A stretch of DNA of 47,263 nt from Bacteroidales bacterium (lineage in GTDB: Bacteria; Bacteroidota; Bacteroidia; Bacteroidales; Paludibacteraceae): positions 4,156 through 51,418 of the forward strand of contig JAUNIJ010000001.1 in the NCBI GenBank assembly GCA_030523485.1, read 5' to 3'. This document shows positions 28,940 to 37,838 of this stretch, piece by piece (positions within the stretch are counted from its first letter, which is position 1; each line of letters starts with the position of its first letter). Both the position numbers and the translations under genes were made by a program. The notes beneath the pieces are model-generated. The model did not search any database. It was not told the DNA's origin and saw only the letters and a program-made list of their open reading frames with translations.

Positions 28940-29776
28940 ATGAAACTACCCTACCAACTATGCGGCATCTACTTTAGCCCCACTGGCAACAGCAAAACAA
29001 TCTGCCAAACATTCGTAGAAACATTACAACAATATACTATCGACCACACACCCACAACCATCAACATCACCACACCCAACCAACGCACAAACACACTCAC
29101 ATTCACCAACAACCAACTACTTACACTCACGCTACCAGTCTATGCTGGTCGCATTCCAAACAAATTGTATCCCTTCGTGGCCAACCAACTCAAAGGGGAC
29201 CACACACCCACCATCATTAGTGTAACATATGGCAACCGCAACTACGACAACGCACTAAAAGAGCTACAAGCAACACTCACACCAAATGGCTTCGATATAA
29301 TCGCAGCTGCAGCACTACCATGTCAACATGCCTTCACCAACAACCTTGCTACTGGACGGCCCAACGACAACGACATACAACAAATTGTAGCATTCGCAAA
29401 ACAAATAGTACAGAAAATATACACACAACAACAAGCATCCACAACGCACAAAACACTACAACTCCCAGGCAACTGGCCTTGCAACTACTACACTCCTCAA
29501 AAAGAAGACAACACACCAGCAAACTTTCTCAAAGCAAAACCGACAACCGACACTAACAAATGCAACAAATGCATGATATGCGTCAAACTATGCCCAATGG
29601 GAAGCATCGACAAACATGACCCTACAACAATCGGGGGTATCTGCATCAAATGCCACAGTTGCATACAACACTGTCCCCAAAAAGCAAAACACTTTAAAGA
29701 CGCAGAACTCCTCTCACACATCAAAATGCTAGAAAACAACTACACCGAAGAAAAACAACCAGCATTTTTTCTATAA
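28940..29776 (+). CDS. Flavodoxin-like domain protein with a C-terminal 2x[4Fe-4S] ferredoxin domain (EFR1-type ferredoxin family)
   Basis: The N-terminal IYFSPTGNSKTI resembles a flavodoxin phosphate loop. The C-terminus carries CNKCMICVKLCP and CIKCHSCIQHCP (CxxCxxCxxxCP twice). The DNA is extremely A+C rich. Confidence 0.7.
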   Translation: MKLPYQLCGIYFSPTGNSKTICQTFVETLQQYTIDHTPTTINITTPNQRTNTLTFTNNQLLTLTLPVYAGRIPNKLYPFVANQLKGDHTPTIISVTYGNRNYDNALKELQATLTPNGFDIIAAAALPCQHAFTNNLATGRPNDNDIQQIVAFAKQIVQKIYTQQQASTTHKTLQLPGNWPCNYYTPQKEDNTPANFLKAKPTTDTNKCNKCMICVKLCPMGSIDKHDPTTIGGICIKCHSCIQHCPQKAKHFKDAELLSHIKMLENNYTEEKQPAFFL

Positions 29777-29816
29777 AAACATCATGCAAGAAGTCGCACA
29801 ACCCAAAAAGATTTCA

Positions 29817-29824
29817 TACTTTTG
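29817..29824 (+). promoter_or_regulatory. Candidate -7 box (TActTTTG) for the FKBP gene pair
   Basis: tacttttg lies about 40 nt upstream of the ATG at 29863. Confidence 0.5.
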
Positions 29825-29862
29825 CAAATTGAATAATAAGCCCAAATCATAAATAATATAAC

Positions 29863-30456
29863 ATGGATAAAACAAGTTACGCATTAGGCTTAAGCTTTGG
29901 CCAAATGCTTCACCAACAAGGTGTGAAAGGCATCAATTACAGTGACTTTGCTGCAGGCATCGAAGCCATGTGCGAAGGCAAACAACCAGCTATCGAACTC
30001 AACGAAGCCCGCACCTTGCTCAATGAATACGCAAACAAAGTAGAAGAAGAGCAAAAAAAACAATACGCTGAAGTAAAAACACTCAACGAAAACTGGCTCG
30101 CTGAAAACAAAAAACGCGAGGGAATCATCACCACCGCTTCTGGCCTACAATACGAAATACTCACAGAAGGCAACGGCGAAAAACCAACAGTTCAAGACAG
30201 AGTAAAAGTACACTACGAAGGTAAACTCATCGACGGCACCATATTTGACAGTTCCATACGTCGTGGCGAGCCAACAGTGTTTGGACTCACACAAGTTATC
30301 AGCGGTTGGACCGAAGCACTACAACTCATGGCCGTAGGCTCTAAATATCGTCTCTACCTCCCTTCAAACCTTGCTTACGGCGAACAAGGCGCTGGCGAAA
30401 TCAAACCATTCTCTACACTCATCTTCGACGTAGAACTCCTTGGCATCGAAAAATAA
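29863..30456 (+). CDS. FKBP-type peptidyl-prolyl cis-trans isomerase (FklB/Mip-like, no signal peptide)
   Basis: VKVHYEGKLIDGTIFDSSIRRGEPTVFGLTQVISGWTEALQLM...YLPSNLAYGEQGAGEIKPFSTLIFDVELLGI. Confidence 0.92.
   Translation: MDKTSYALGLSFGQMLHQQGVKGINYSDFAAGIEAMCEGKQPAIELNEARTLLNEYANKVEEEQKKQYAEVKTLNENWLAENKKREGIITTASGLQYEILTEGNGEKPTVQDRVKVHYEGKLIDGTIFDSSIRRGEPTVFGLTQVISGWTEALQLMAVGSKYRLYLPSNLAYGEQGAGEIKPFSTLIFDVELLGIEK
30193..30450 (+). repeat. FKBP-domain coding repeat, copy 1 (paralogous to 31451-31715)
   Basis: It shares long identical runs with copy 2, for example caagacagagtaaaagtacactac and aatcaaaccattctctacact. Confidence 0.7.
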
Positions 30457-30478
30457 ACAAATAACAAATAAACTTCAG

Positions 30479-31747
30479 ATGAAAAAAATCTTCAAGGCAG
30501 CTTGCCTCATGATTGCCGTCCTCGGCTTGGCAGCTTGCACTCAAAAACAAAAAGCAGAGAAAGTAACACTCGCAAACGAAACTGACTCTGTTAGCTACGC
30601 ATTTGGCATGCAACAAGGCAAATACATCGCTGATTTCATGCTCAATGAGAAAAACCAAAGTTATGCCAACAGCTTTATCAAAGCTTTCCGCACAAACTTC
30701 CGTGAATTAAACCCACAAGAAGAATTCGAAAACAGCGTACTCACATTCGGATTTCAAGTAGGTTCCGACATCGAAAAAGGTTTCTTCCAAGGCGACTCAA
30801 CCTTCACTCTCTCCAGAACTGTATTGGTTGAAAACATCTTGAAAGGTATGAAAGGCGAATTTACAGAAGAAGAAATCGACCAATTCCAAAACCAATTCCA
30901 ACGTCTTATGATGGATCGCACCTTACGCTCAGCAGAACACCTCGACTCAATGAACGTTGCCTTCGGTGCACTTAACGGCAATAGCGTAAAAAGCTACATC
31001 GAAATGACTCAAAAAGACACCGCTAACAAATTCAATCCTATGGCTGTAGCTGAAAAGAAATTCAAAGAAGGCTTGAAAAACGCAGGCAAAGAAACTTACG
31101 AAGCAAAACTCCAAGGCATGACTGTAGCAGGACAACTCTTTGGCATGTTAAAACAAATGCCAAACCTTCAAATCGAAGATTTCATTTGCAATGCTGACAT
31201 GGTAAAAGCCGGCGTCATTAACGCAATGGTTGGCGACAGCACCATCTTTACCGCCGACGAAGCTTCTGCATTCTACAACGAATTTGCAGACAACAGACAC
31301 AAAGCAAAACTTGAATTCGAATATGGTTCAAACCGCACTGCTGGCGAAGAATTCCTCGCAGCCAACAAAGAAGAAGATGGTGTCATCACCACCGAAAGTG
31401 GCTTGCAATACAAAGTAATCAAAATGGGTAAAGGACAAATTCCAACAGCTCAAGACAGAGTAAAAGTACACTACACAGGTAAACTCCTCGACGGCACAGT
31501 GTTCGACAGCTCAGTTGAACGCGGCGAACCAGCCGAATTCGGTGTAACACAAGTTATTGCTGGTTGGACCGAAGTACTTCAACTCATGCCTGAAGGTTCT
31601 AAATTCCAAGTATTCATCCCACAAGAACTTGCTTACGGCGACCGTGATATGGGTACAATCAAACCATTCTCTACACTTATTTTCGACATCGAATTACTCG
31701 AAATCTTAGGTGACGTAAAACAAAACGACCTCGCTGTAATCAAATAA
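30479..31747 (+). CDS. FKBP-type peptidyl-prolyl isomerase lipoprotein with a long N-terminal helical domain
   Basis: Starting at the ATG at 30479 gives MKKIFKAACLMIAVLGLAACTQ, which contains a lipobox. The C-terminal FKBP domain is VKVHYTGKLLDGTVFDSSVERGEPAEFGVTQVIAGWTEVLQLM...FDIELLEI. The ORF-track start at 30440 overlaps the previous gene. Confidence 0.9.
   Translation: MKKIFKAACLMIAVLGLAACTQKQKAEKVTLANETDSVSYAFGMQQGKYIADFMLNEKNQSYANSFIKAFRTNFRELNPQEEFENSVLTFGFQVGSDIEKGFFQGDSTFTLSRTVLVENILKGMKGEFTEEEIDQFQNQFQRLMMDRTLRSAEHLDSMNVAFGALNGNSVKSYIEMTQKDTANKFNPMAVAEKKFKEGLKNAGKETYEAKLQGMTVAGQLFGMLKQMPNLQIEDFICNADMVKAGVINAMVGDSTIFTADEASAFYNEFADNRHKAKLEFEYGSNRTAGEEFLAANKEEDGVITTESGLQYKVIKMGKGQIPTAQDRVKVHYTGKLLDGTVFDSSVERGEPAEFGVTQVIAGWTEVLQLMPEGSKFQVFIPQELAYGDRDMGTIKPFSTLIFDIELLEILGDVKQNDLAVIK
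31451..31715 (+). repeat. FKBP-domain coding repeat, copy 2
   Basis: See copy 1. The offset between copies is 1258 nt. Confidence 0.7.
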
Positions 31748-31771
31748 CAACGGCTTCGTCATAAACAATAT

Positions 31772-31808
31772 AAGGGGATAGGCATCAATGTTTATCCCCT
31801 TCTTTATT
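31772..31808 (+). terminator. Rho-independent terminator after the FKBP genes
   Basis: Stem aaggggata (31772-31780) pairs with tatcccctt (31793-31801) and is followed by ctttatt. Confidence 0.7.
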
Positions 31809-31888
31809 GATAGAAACAGACAACCGAAAGCTACCTAAACAACAGATTATTTAAAGAAATCTAATTGATACAACTCACACAACACGAC

Positions 31889-31930
31889 AAAAAAACGCCA
31901 CACCGTAAGCGGTATGGCGTTTTTTCTTTT
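31889..31930. terminator. Bidirectional terminator; on the minus strand it ends the small ferredoxin gene
   Basis: The sequence is aaaaaaa-acgccacacc-gtaagc-ggtatggcgt-tttttt, a 10-bp stem with one mismatch. Confidence 0.75.
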
Positions 31931-31960
31931 GCAATATTACAGCGACAAAAAGTCGAGTAA

Positions 31961-32131
31961 TTATTCAGCTGGATGGATAGCTTCAGATGGGCAAACATCG
32001 GCACAAGTACCGCAGTCTACACATACATTTGGGTCGATTTTGTAGATATCGCCCTCTGAAATAGCGCTTGATGGGCACTCACCGATGCAAGTTCCGCAAG
32101 CTACACAATCGTCTGAAATTACGTAAGCCAT
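31961..32131 (-). CDS. Small 2x[4Fe-4S] ferredoxin (56 aa)
   Basis: Not in the ORF track because it is under 60 aa. My translation is MAYVISDDCVACGTCIGECPSSAISEGDIYKIDPNVCVDCGTCADVCPSEAIHPAE*. It has two CxxCxxCxxxCP motifs, its own -7 box and its own terminator. Confidence 0.9.
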   Translation of the reverse strand: MAYVISDDCVACGTCIGECPSSAISEGDIYKIDPNVCVDCGTCADVCPSEAIHPAE

Positions 32132-32173
32132 AGTTGTTGTTTGTTATTAGTTTGTTTGTGAAAAATGAATGTG

Positions 32174-32181
32174 CAAAAGTA
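32174..32181 (-). promoter_or_regulatory. Candidate -7 box (TActTTTG) for the ferredoxin gene
   Basis: Plus-strand caaaagta, about 43 nt upstream of the ATG at 32131. Confidence 0.55.
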
Positions 32182-32302
32182 TACATTTCTTTGGAGTTTG
32201 ACAAGAAAATTCCCGAAATAATTATTCACAAGGTTTATTGCGTTGAAACACAATAAAGGAGGAAAAATCTCGTTTTAAATAATTGAGGATAAAAGAGCAT
32301 AA

Positions 32303-33022
32303 ATGCTTCACCTCCACAACACAATGTTTAGAAAAGTACGCAACATACTCGTCCTTATACTACTCACAAGCCTAACTCTTCAGGCACAAAACCTGCCAAA
32401 CAGCGATTTAAAAACCGCTCATTTTGGCTTTACACTCGGTGTCAACATGATGGATTTCGGCATCCAACCCAGCCTACAGAACATCAACGGTAAAATTTAT
32501 CACGCCGACGTGTCAGGCATCACGCCAGGTTTCACTGTAGGTGTGATTGGCGACCTCCGCATGGCAGAGTACTTCAACCTACGTCTAGTGCCCTGTCTGC
32601 ACTTAGGCGACCGCACACTAAGCTACAGCAACGAGAGCGACAACGAAGTGTTACACACAAACATCAAAAGTGCATTGGTCACCATTCCACTCTATGTCAA
32701 ATACAGCGCACCACGCCTCGACAACTACCGATTCTACCTTTTAGCTGGTGGTGGTATCTCGTTCGACCTCGCACGCGACCGACAACGTCCTGTGCTACTA
32801 AAACAAACCGACTATTACATTGAATTTGGTGTGGGCTGCACATTCTACCTCAAATATTTCCGAATTTCTCCCGAATTGAAATATTCCATCGGCTTCAACG
32901 ACCTCCTCATTCCACTCGACCAACGTACAGGCGATGCACTAATGAACGAAGACCACCGCTTCACAAACGCACTTAGTAAGCTGACATCTAGGATGTTCAC
33001 CATCGTGTTCAACTTTGAATAA
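32303..33022 (+). CDS. PorT-family / outer-membrane beta-barrel protein
   Basis: The signal peptide is LVLILLTSLTLQAQ, so the likelier start is the ATG at 32324 (MFRKVRN). It shows alternating beta-strand patterns (HFGFTLGVNMMDF, YLLAGGGISFDL, YIEFGVGCTFYL) and a C-terminal TIVFNFE. Size is about 235 aa. Confidence 0.6.
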   Translation: MLHLHNTMFRKVRNILVLILLTSLTLQAQNLPNSDLKTAHFGFTLGVNMMDFGIQPSLQNINGKIYHADVSGITPGFTVGVIGDLRMAEYFNLRLVPCLHLGDRTLSYSNESDNEVLHTNIKSALVTIPLYVKYSAPRLDNYRFYLLAGGGISFDLARDRQRPVLLKQTDYYIEFGVGCTFYLKYFRISPELKYSIGFNDLLIPLDQRTGDALMNEDHRFTNALSKLTSRMFTIVFNFE

Positions 33023-33074
33023 ACAGCAAAAAAAGAAAATGAAGCAGAGTTTTGCAGAATAGAAAAAAAACATG

Positions 33075-33082
33075 TACTTTTG
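33075..33082 (+). promoter_or_regulatory. Candidate -7 box (TActTTTG) for rpsO
   Basis: tacttttg lies 50 nt upstream of the rpsO ATG. Confidence 0.55.
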
Positions 33083-33131
33083 CACTCTCAAAAACAAACA
33101 ACATAATATACACTTTTAAACAAACATTTCT

Positions 33132-33401
33132 ATGTACTTAGACGCAGAGAAAAAGCAAGAAATCTTTGGTCAATACGGAAAGTCTAACACTGACACCGGC
33201 TCACCAGAAGCTCAAGTGGCATTGTTTTCATACCGTATCAACCATCTTACTGAACACCTTCAGAAGAACCATAAAGATTATAGCACTGCGCGTGCATTGA
33301 AAGCTTTGGTAGGTAAACGTCGTCGCATGCTTGACTACTTGAAAGCACAAGATATCGAACGTTACCGTGCTATCATCAAAGCTCTCAACATCCGTAAATA
33401 A
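33132..33401 (+). CDS. rpsO: 30S ribosomal protein S15
   Basis: 89 aa with GSPEAQVALFSYRINHLTEHLQKNHKDYSTARALKALVGKRRRMLDYL. Confidence 0.97.
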   Translation: MYLDAEKKQEIFGQYGKSNTDTGSPEAQVALFSYRINHLTEHLQKNHKDYSTARALKALVGKRRRMLDYLKAQDIERYRAIIKALNIRK

Positions 33402-33421
33402 CATTACGAACACGCAAAAAG

Positions 33422-33460
33422 AAAAAGCATCGTGCTGTTGGCACGAGGCTTTTTCTTTTT
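33422..33460 (+). terminator. Rho-independent terminator of rpsO
   Basis: Stem agcatcgtgc (33426-33435) pairs with gcacgaggct (33441-33450) with one mismatch, then tttttcttttt follows. Confidence 0.7.
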
Positions 33461-33535
33461 CATTACTGCAACGAAATATGACGACCATTCGTCCATATTA
33501 ATAGAAACAATCAAATAACTCATAAATCAAACAAC

Positions 33536-34129
33536 ATGAAAAAGTACCTTTCATTAGTCCTTTTCGGACTCGTTTCTATGGTTTTTGCAGCATGTAACAA
33601 CCCTGGACCAGAACCAGAACCAGAACCAAACCCTAACGACACCACTGAAGTCGTTGATCCTACCGGCAACTACATCAGCATCGACGGACACTCACGTGCA
33701 ATCACTGTTGCAGCAGCCTTCGACGAATGGGCAGAAGCAGATTACTATGAATGGGGAATGATTTTCTACACCGACGTAACATTAGAAGAACTTATGGGAG
33801 ACAGCATACACGCTGACCTCGATTCGATCTATGCAGCAGAAATCGACGTTGCCGACATGACCCCATCTAATGGTTTCTACACCTCTGGTTCCTACCCTCT
33901 TTACAACTACAACAGTTGGGAAGCAACCAATGGCACAGCATCCATGGCATTTATGAAAGCCTCTCGAGAAGAGCTCGAAGGTGACGTCGAAGGTATCTAT
34001 GTAAATAGCGGCAACCTTGTCTTTGTCAACAACAACGATGGTATCTACGAAATCACCATCACAGCTACTGGCGCAAATGGCGAAGCAGTCAAAATACACT
34101 ACAAAGGCGAAGTCTCTGTTTTAGAATAA
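33536..34129 (+). CDS. Hypothetical acidic lipoprotein
   Basis: Lipobox MVFAACNN is followed by a PGPEPEPEPNPND linker. The protein is 197 aa and I recognise no family motif. Confidence 0.6.
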   Translation: MKKYLSLVLFGLVSMVFAACNNPGPEPEPEPNPNDTTEVVDPTGNYISIDGHSRAITVAAAFDEWAEADYYEWGMIFYTDVTLEELMGDSIHADLDSIYAAEIDVADMTPSNGFYTSGSYPLYNYNSWEATNGTASMAFMKASREELEGDVEGIYVNSGNLVFVNNNDGIYEITITATGANGEAVKIHYKGEVSVLE

Positions 34130-34181
34130 CATAATTCTCAAAAAACACATTGTGCTTACAGCACACATCACAACAACAAAA

Positions 34182-34210
34182 ACGCTACAGCCACTCTGTA
34201 GCGTTTTTTG
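34182..34210 (+). terminator. Rho-independent terminator after the lipoprotein gene
   Basis: Stem acgctacag (34182-34190) pairs with ctgtagcgt (34195-34203) and is followed by ttttttg. Confidence 0.8.
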
Positions 34211-34409
34211 TTGTTTTTTTTTTACACAATAATCTTCAATACAAACAACTCAAACGAAACCATCAGCAGACATACAAAAGCAAAAAGTAAAACAACGGGA
34301 ACATTTCTTTATCTTTCAACACAATCAACCAACACACCGACCATATTCTCAACAACAATTTTTAATAAAATCAATAGCATGAGATTCCCTCTAAACTAAC
34401 AATAAATTG

Positions 34410-34417
34410 TATCTTTG
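34410..34417 (+). promoter_or_regulatory. Candidate -7 box (TAtcTTTG) for the DUF2723 gene
   Basis: tatctttg lies 80 nt upstream of the ATG at 34497. It sits inside the TTG-started N-terminal extension proposed by the ORF track. Confidence 0.5.
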
Positions 34418-34496
34418 CAAAATCTTTGCTGTGTCACCTCGTCAACCAAACGACAGCACAACGACAACAGCACAAAAACAAGCAAATTACTTAATC

Positions 34497-37400
34497 ATGA
34501 AACAATACAAGATTCTAAACAACCTCGTTGGTTGGCTCGTATTTGCCATAGCAGCAGTGGTCTACCTAATGACCATTGAGCCAACAGGTAGCTTTTGGGA
34601 TTGCGGCGAATTCACTGCTTCAGCCTATCGACTCGAAGTAGGTCACCCACCTGGAGCACCATTCTTCATTCTTACTGCACGTCTCTTCACCTTGTTAGCA
34701 TCCGACCCATCGCAAGCTTCTGTCATGGTCAACTCAATGTCGGCACTCTTGAGCGCATTCACCATTCTATTCCTTTTCTGGTCCATCACCCATTTGGTCA
34801 GAAAAGTCATTATGAAACAAGAGAATGACTACACCACAGGCAACATCATAGCCACCTTAGGCGCTGGCGCAGTCGGAGCATTAGCCTACACCTTCTCCGA
34901 TACCTTCTGGTTCTCCGCTGTCGAGGCTGAGGTTTACGCCTATTCATCATTCTTCACGGCCATCGTGTTCTGGTGCATACTGAAATGGGAAGATGCTGAC
35001 GACAAAGGAGAAGCTTCACGTTGGATTATCTTAATCGCTTATTTGATGGGCTTAAGTATTGGCGTACACTTGCTGAACTTGCTCACCATACCAGCTATCG
35101 TGTTGGTTTACTACTTCAAGAAACACGAAAAAGTTACTGCACGGGGTATCATCACCTCAATCATCGTGTCGTGCGTCATCTTATTAGCCGTTCTCTATGG
35201 ATTAATCCCTGGCTTCACTAAAGTAGCAGGCAAGTTTGAACTCTTATTTGTCAATGGCTTACATATGCCATTCAACACAGGCTTGTTCATCTACCTCATC
35301 CTCACCGCGGGCTGTCTCGTATGGTCGCTTTGGGAGTCGCACACTGCGAAAAGCGAAGTGCGCACCAACCTCTCCTTCATCATCACCATGATTCTTCTTG
35401 GTGTCCCCTTCTTGGCCAACAACATCATCATTAGCATACTATTGACGATATTACTCTTCGGCGTCTTCTTCGTCAAAAACAATGCAAAAGCACTCCATCT
35501 AATCATGATGTGTGCCATGGTCATCTTGGTAGGATATTCCTCCTATGCTATGATTATGGTACGTTCTGCTGCCAATCCGCCAATGGACCAAAACTCACCA
35601 GAAGACGTATTCTCATTGCAGAGCTACCTCAACCGCGAACAATACGGCGACCGCCCATTGCTCTACGGCTCCACCTTCAACGCACCTGAAATTCTAAAAG
35701 TTGAAGGACGCTACTGCAAACCTATAGAGAAACTAGGAAAAGAGAAATACACTCGCAAGGTGAAAGAGAACGCCGACGAAAAAGACAGCTACGTAAGTGC
35801 CGGACGTGCCACCATAGGCTACGAAATGGACCCACGCTTCAACATGCTCTTTCCACGTATGTACAGTAGTAAAGGACGACATGCCGAGGCCTACAAAGCA
35901 TGGGGTAACATACGTGGCGAACGCCTCACCGTCGATCGTTGCGGACAGACCGAGACGCGCATCATGCCAACATTCGGTGAAAACCTCGCATTCTTCTTCA
36001 GCTACCAATGCAACTTCATGTATTGGCGCTATTTCATGTGGAACTTCGTTGGTCGCCAAAACGACATACAAGGTCACGGTGAACTCGACCACGGCAACTG
36101 GATTTCCGGCATTAAATTCATCGACAACGCACGATTAGGAAACCAAGAGACCCTGCCAGAATCACTCAAGAAAAACAAAGGCCACAACACCTACTTCTTC
36201 TTGCCACTTCTCCTTGGAATACTCGGCATCTGCTGGCAGTTGAGCACCAATAAAAAGAGCAAACAACACTTCTGGATTACCTTGGCACTATTCTTCATGA
36301 CAGGCCTTGCCATCGTAGTCTACCTAAACCAAACACCTTACCAACCACGCGAACGTGACTATGCTTACGCAGGTTCGTTCTACGCATTCAGCATTTGGAT
36401 TGGCATCGGTGTAGCTGCCATCTGGCAACTACTACGCTCTATTAAACTGCCATCAACAGTGGCAGCACTCATCGCCACCATTGCCAGCCTCGGCGTACCG
36501 GCACTAATGTGTGCACAAAACTGGGACGACCACGACCGTTCAAACCGCTACATCAGTCGCGACACTGGCGCCAACTACCTGAACACCTGCGACGAAAACG
36601 CTATCTTGTTCTGCAACGGCGACAACGACACCTTCCCCGTATGGTACAATCAAGAAGTAGAAGGCACACGCACCGACGTACGCTCATGCAACCTCTCATA
36701 CATCCAAACCGATTGGTACATCGACCAAATGAAACGCGGATACTACGAATCAAAACCATTACCAATCAATTGGAAACAAGCCGAATACATGGACGGACGA
36801 CTCGACGTAGCACGTGTGACAAACGAACGAGAATACATGCTACTGAGCGATGTGCTCGATCTTCTAAAACAAGGCTATAAACTCGAGAACGGCATCGGCA
36901 CCATTCCAACACAAACCATCGTGATACCTGTCAACAAAGAAGAAGTGGCCAAAAACCACGTACTCAGCGAAAACGACTCATGCGTTGACGCTATGATCAT
37001 ACGACTTGGCAGCATGTTACGCAAGAGCGACATCATGATGTTGGAAATGATTAACTCAAGCCACTGGGAACGTCCAATCTACATATCATCGACCGTAGGC
37101 GAAGAATTCTACCCAGCCCTCCAACGCTACATGCGACTCGATGGCATGGCCTATCGCATCGTACCAGCCGAGAAAAACCAAGGCATCGATGCCGACAACT
37201 GCTACGAGACATTCTTACACCGTTATAACTACGGCAACATGAACGACCCGAAAGTATATCTCGACGAGAACACACTACGCACTTGCAAAACCATGCGCAT
37301 CTACCTTGGCGAGCTTGCTAACGTACTCATCAACCAAGGCGACACCATACGCACTAAAGAAGTGCTAGACTTCACACTCGAAAAAGTACCGTTCACCACC

Positions 37401-37715
37401 GTACCATACGACTACAGCGCAACACGCATCGCCATGTCGTTCTACCGTGTGGGCAACACCGAAAAAGGCGATGAAATTATGAATGCACTGTTGGACGACT
37501 GCGTCACACGTCTCGAATGGGTAAAAAGCCTTCCACGTCAAAAACGACAGAACGTATCACTAGAAATGAGTCCTCGACAAAACATCGGCATCATTCAAGA
37601 AATCAATCGTGCATGCATCACTCATGGCACCAAAGCACTACAAGAACGCTCACAAGAGCTGTTCCAAAAGTACTACAATGAATTTGCCGCACAACTACAA
37701 GCCAGTTCCAACTAA
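34497..37715 (+). CDS. DUF2723-family large polytopic membrane protein (glycosyltransferase-C-fold-like, TMEM260-like)
   Basis: MKQYKILNNLVGWLVFAIAAVVYLMTIEPTGSFWDCGEFTASAYRLEVGHPPGAPFF is the signature N-terminus I associate with DUF2723. It has more than 10 TM helices and a roughly 450-aa soluble C-terminal region. The start is moved to the first ATG after the promoter box. Confidence 0.7.
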   Translation: MKQYKILNNLVGWLVFAIAAVVYLMTIEPTGSFWDCGEFTASAYRLEVGHPPGAPFFILTARLFTLLASDPSQASVMVNSMSALLSAFTILFLFWSITHLVRKVIMKQENDYTTGNIIATLGAGAVGALAYTFSDTFWFSAVEAEVYAYSSFFTAIVFWCILKWEDADDKGEASRWIILIAYLMGLSIGVHLLNLLTIPAIVLVYYFKKHEKVTARGIITSIIVSCVILLAVLYGLIPGFTKVAGKFELLFVNGLHMPFNTGLFIYLILTAGCLVWSLWESHTAKSEVRTNLSFIITMILLGVPFLANNIIISILLTILLFGVFFVKNNAKALHLIMMCAMVILVGYSSYAMIMVRSAANPPMDQNSPEDVFSLQSYLNREQYGDRPLLYGSTFNAPEILKVEGRYCKPIEKLGKEKYTRKVKENADEKDSYVSAGRATIGYEMDPRFNMLFPRMYSSKGRHAEAYKAWGNIRGERLTVDRCGQTETRIMPTFGENLAFFFSYQCNFMYWRYFMWNFVGRQNDIQGHGELDHGNWISGIKFIDNARLGNQETLPESLKKNKGHNTYFFLPLLLGILGICWQLSTNKKSKQHFWITLALFFMTGLAIVVYLNQTPYQPRERDYAYAGSFYAFSIWIGIGVAAIWQLLRSIKLPSTVAALIATIASLGVPALMCAQNWDDHDRSNRYISRDTGANYLNTCDENAILFCNGDNDTFPVWYNQEVEGTRTDVRSCNLSYIQTDWYIDQMKRGYYESKPLPINWKQAEYMDGRLDVARVTNEREYMLLSDVLDLLKQGYKLENGIGTIPTQTIVIPVNKEEVAKNHVLSENDSCVDAMIIRLGSMLRKSDIMMLEMINSSHWERPIYISSTVGEEFYPALQRYMRLDGMAYRIVPAEKNQGIDADNCYETFLHRYNYGNMNDPKVYLDENTLRTCKTMRIYLGELANVLINQGDTIRTKEVLDFTLEKVPFTTVPYDYSATRIAMSFYRVGNTEKGDEIMNALLDDCVTRLEWVKSLPRQKRQNVSLEMSPRQNIGIIQEINRACITHGTKALQERSQELFQKYYNEFAAQLQASSN

Positions 37716-37740
37716 ACAACACTGGCAATAACACACAAGA

Positions 37741-37799
37741 CAACGCATCCAGCCCGTCAAACCACGTCACGGCAAACGGTTCGGATGCGTTGTTTTTTT
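37741..37799 (+). terminator. Structured terminator after the DUF2723 gene
   Basis: The outer stem pairs caacgcatcc (37741-37750) with ggatgcgttg (37783-37792). It encloses an inner ccgt/acgg pairing and is followed by ttttttt. Confidence 0.65.
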
Positions 37800-37838
37800 A
37801 AAAACAAAAACACACCAAACACACATCGGTTCAGCACC

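Noticed and set aside
34208-34496. 63-aa ORF and the TTG-initiated 30-codon extension of the DUF2723 gene in the A/C-rich spacer
   Set aside because: The translations are low complexity. They are located between a terminator (34182-34210) and the -7 box (34410-34417), so they are unlikely to be on an mRNA in that frame.
37785-37838. ORF-track start (MRCFFKNKNT...) for the deacetylase
   Set aside because: The first codons lie within the stem and T-run of the upstream terminator (37783-37799). The internal ATG at 37839 is more plausible.
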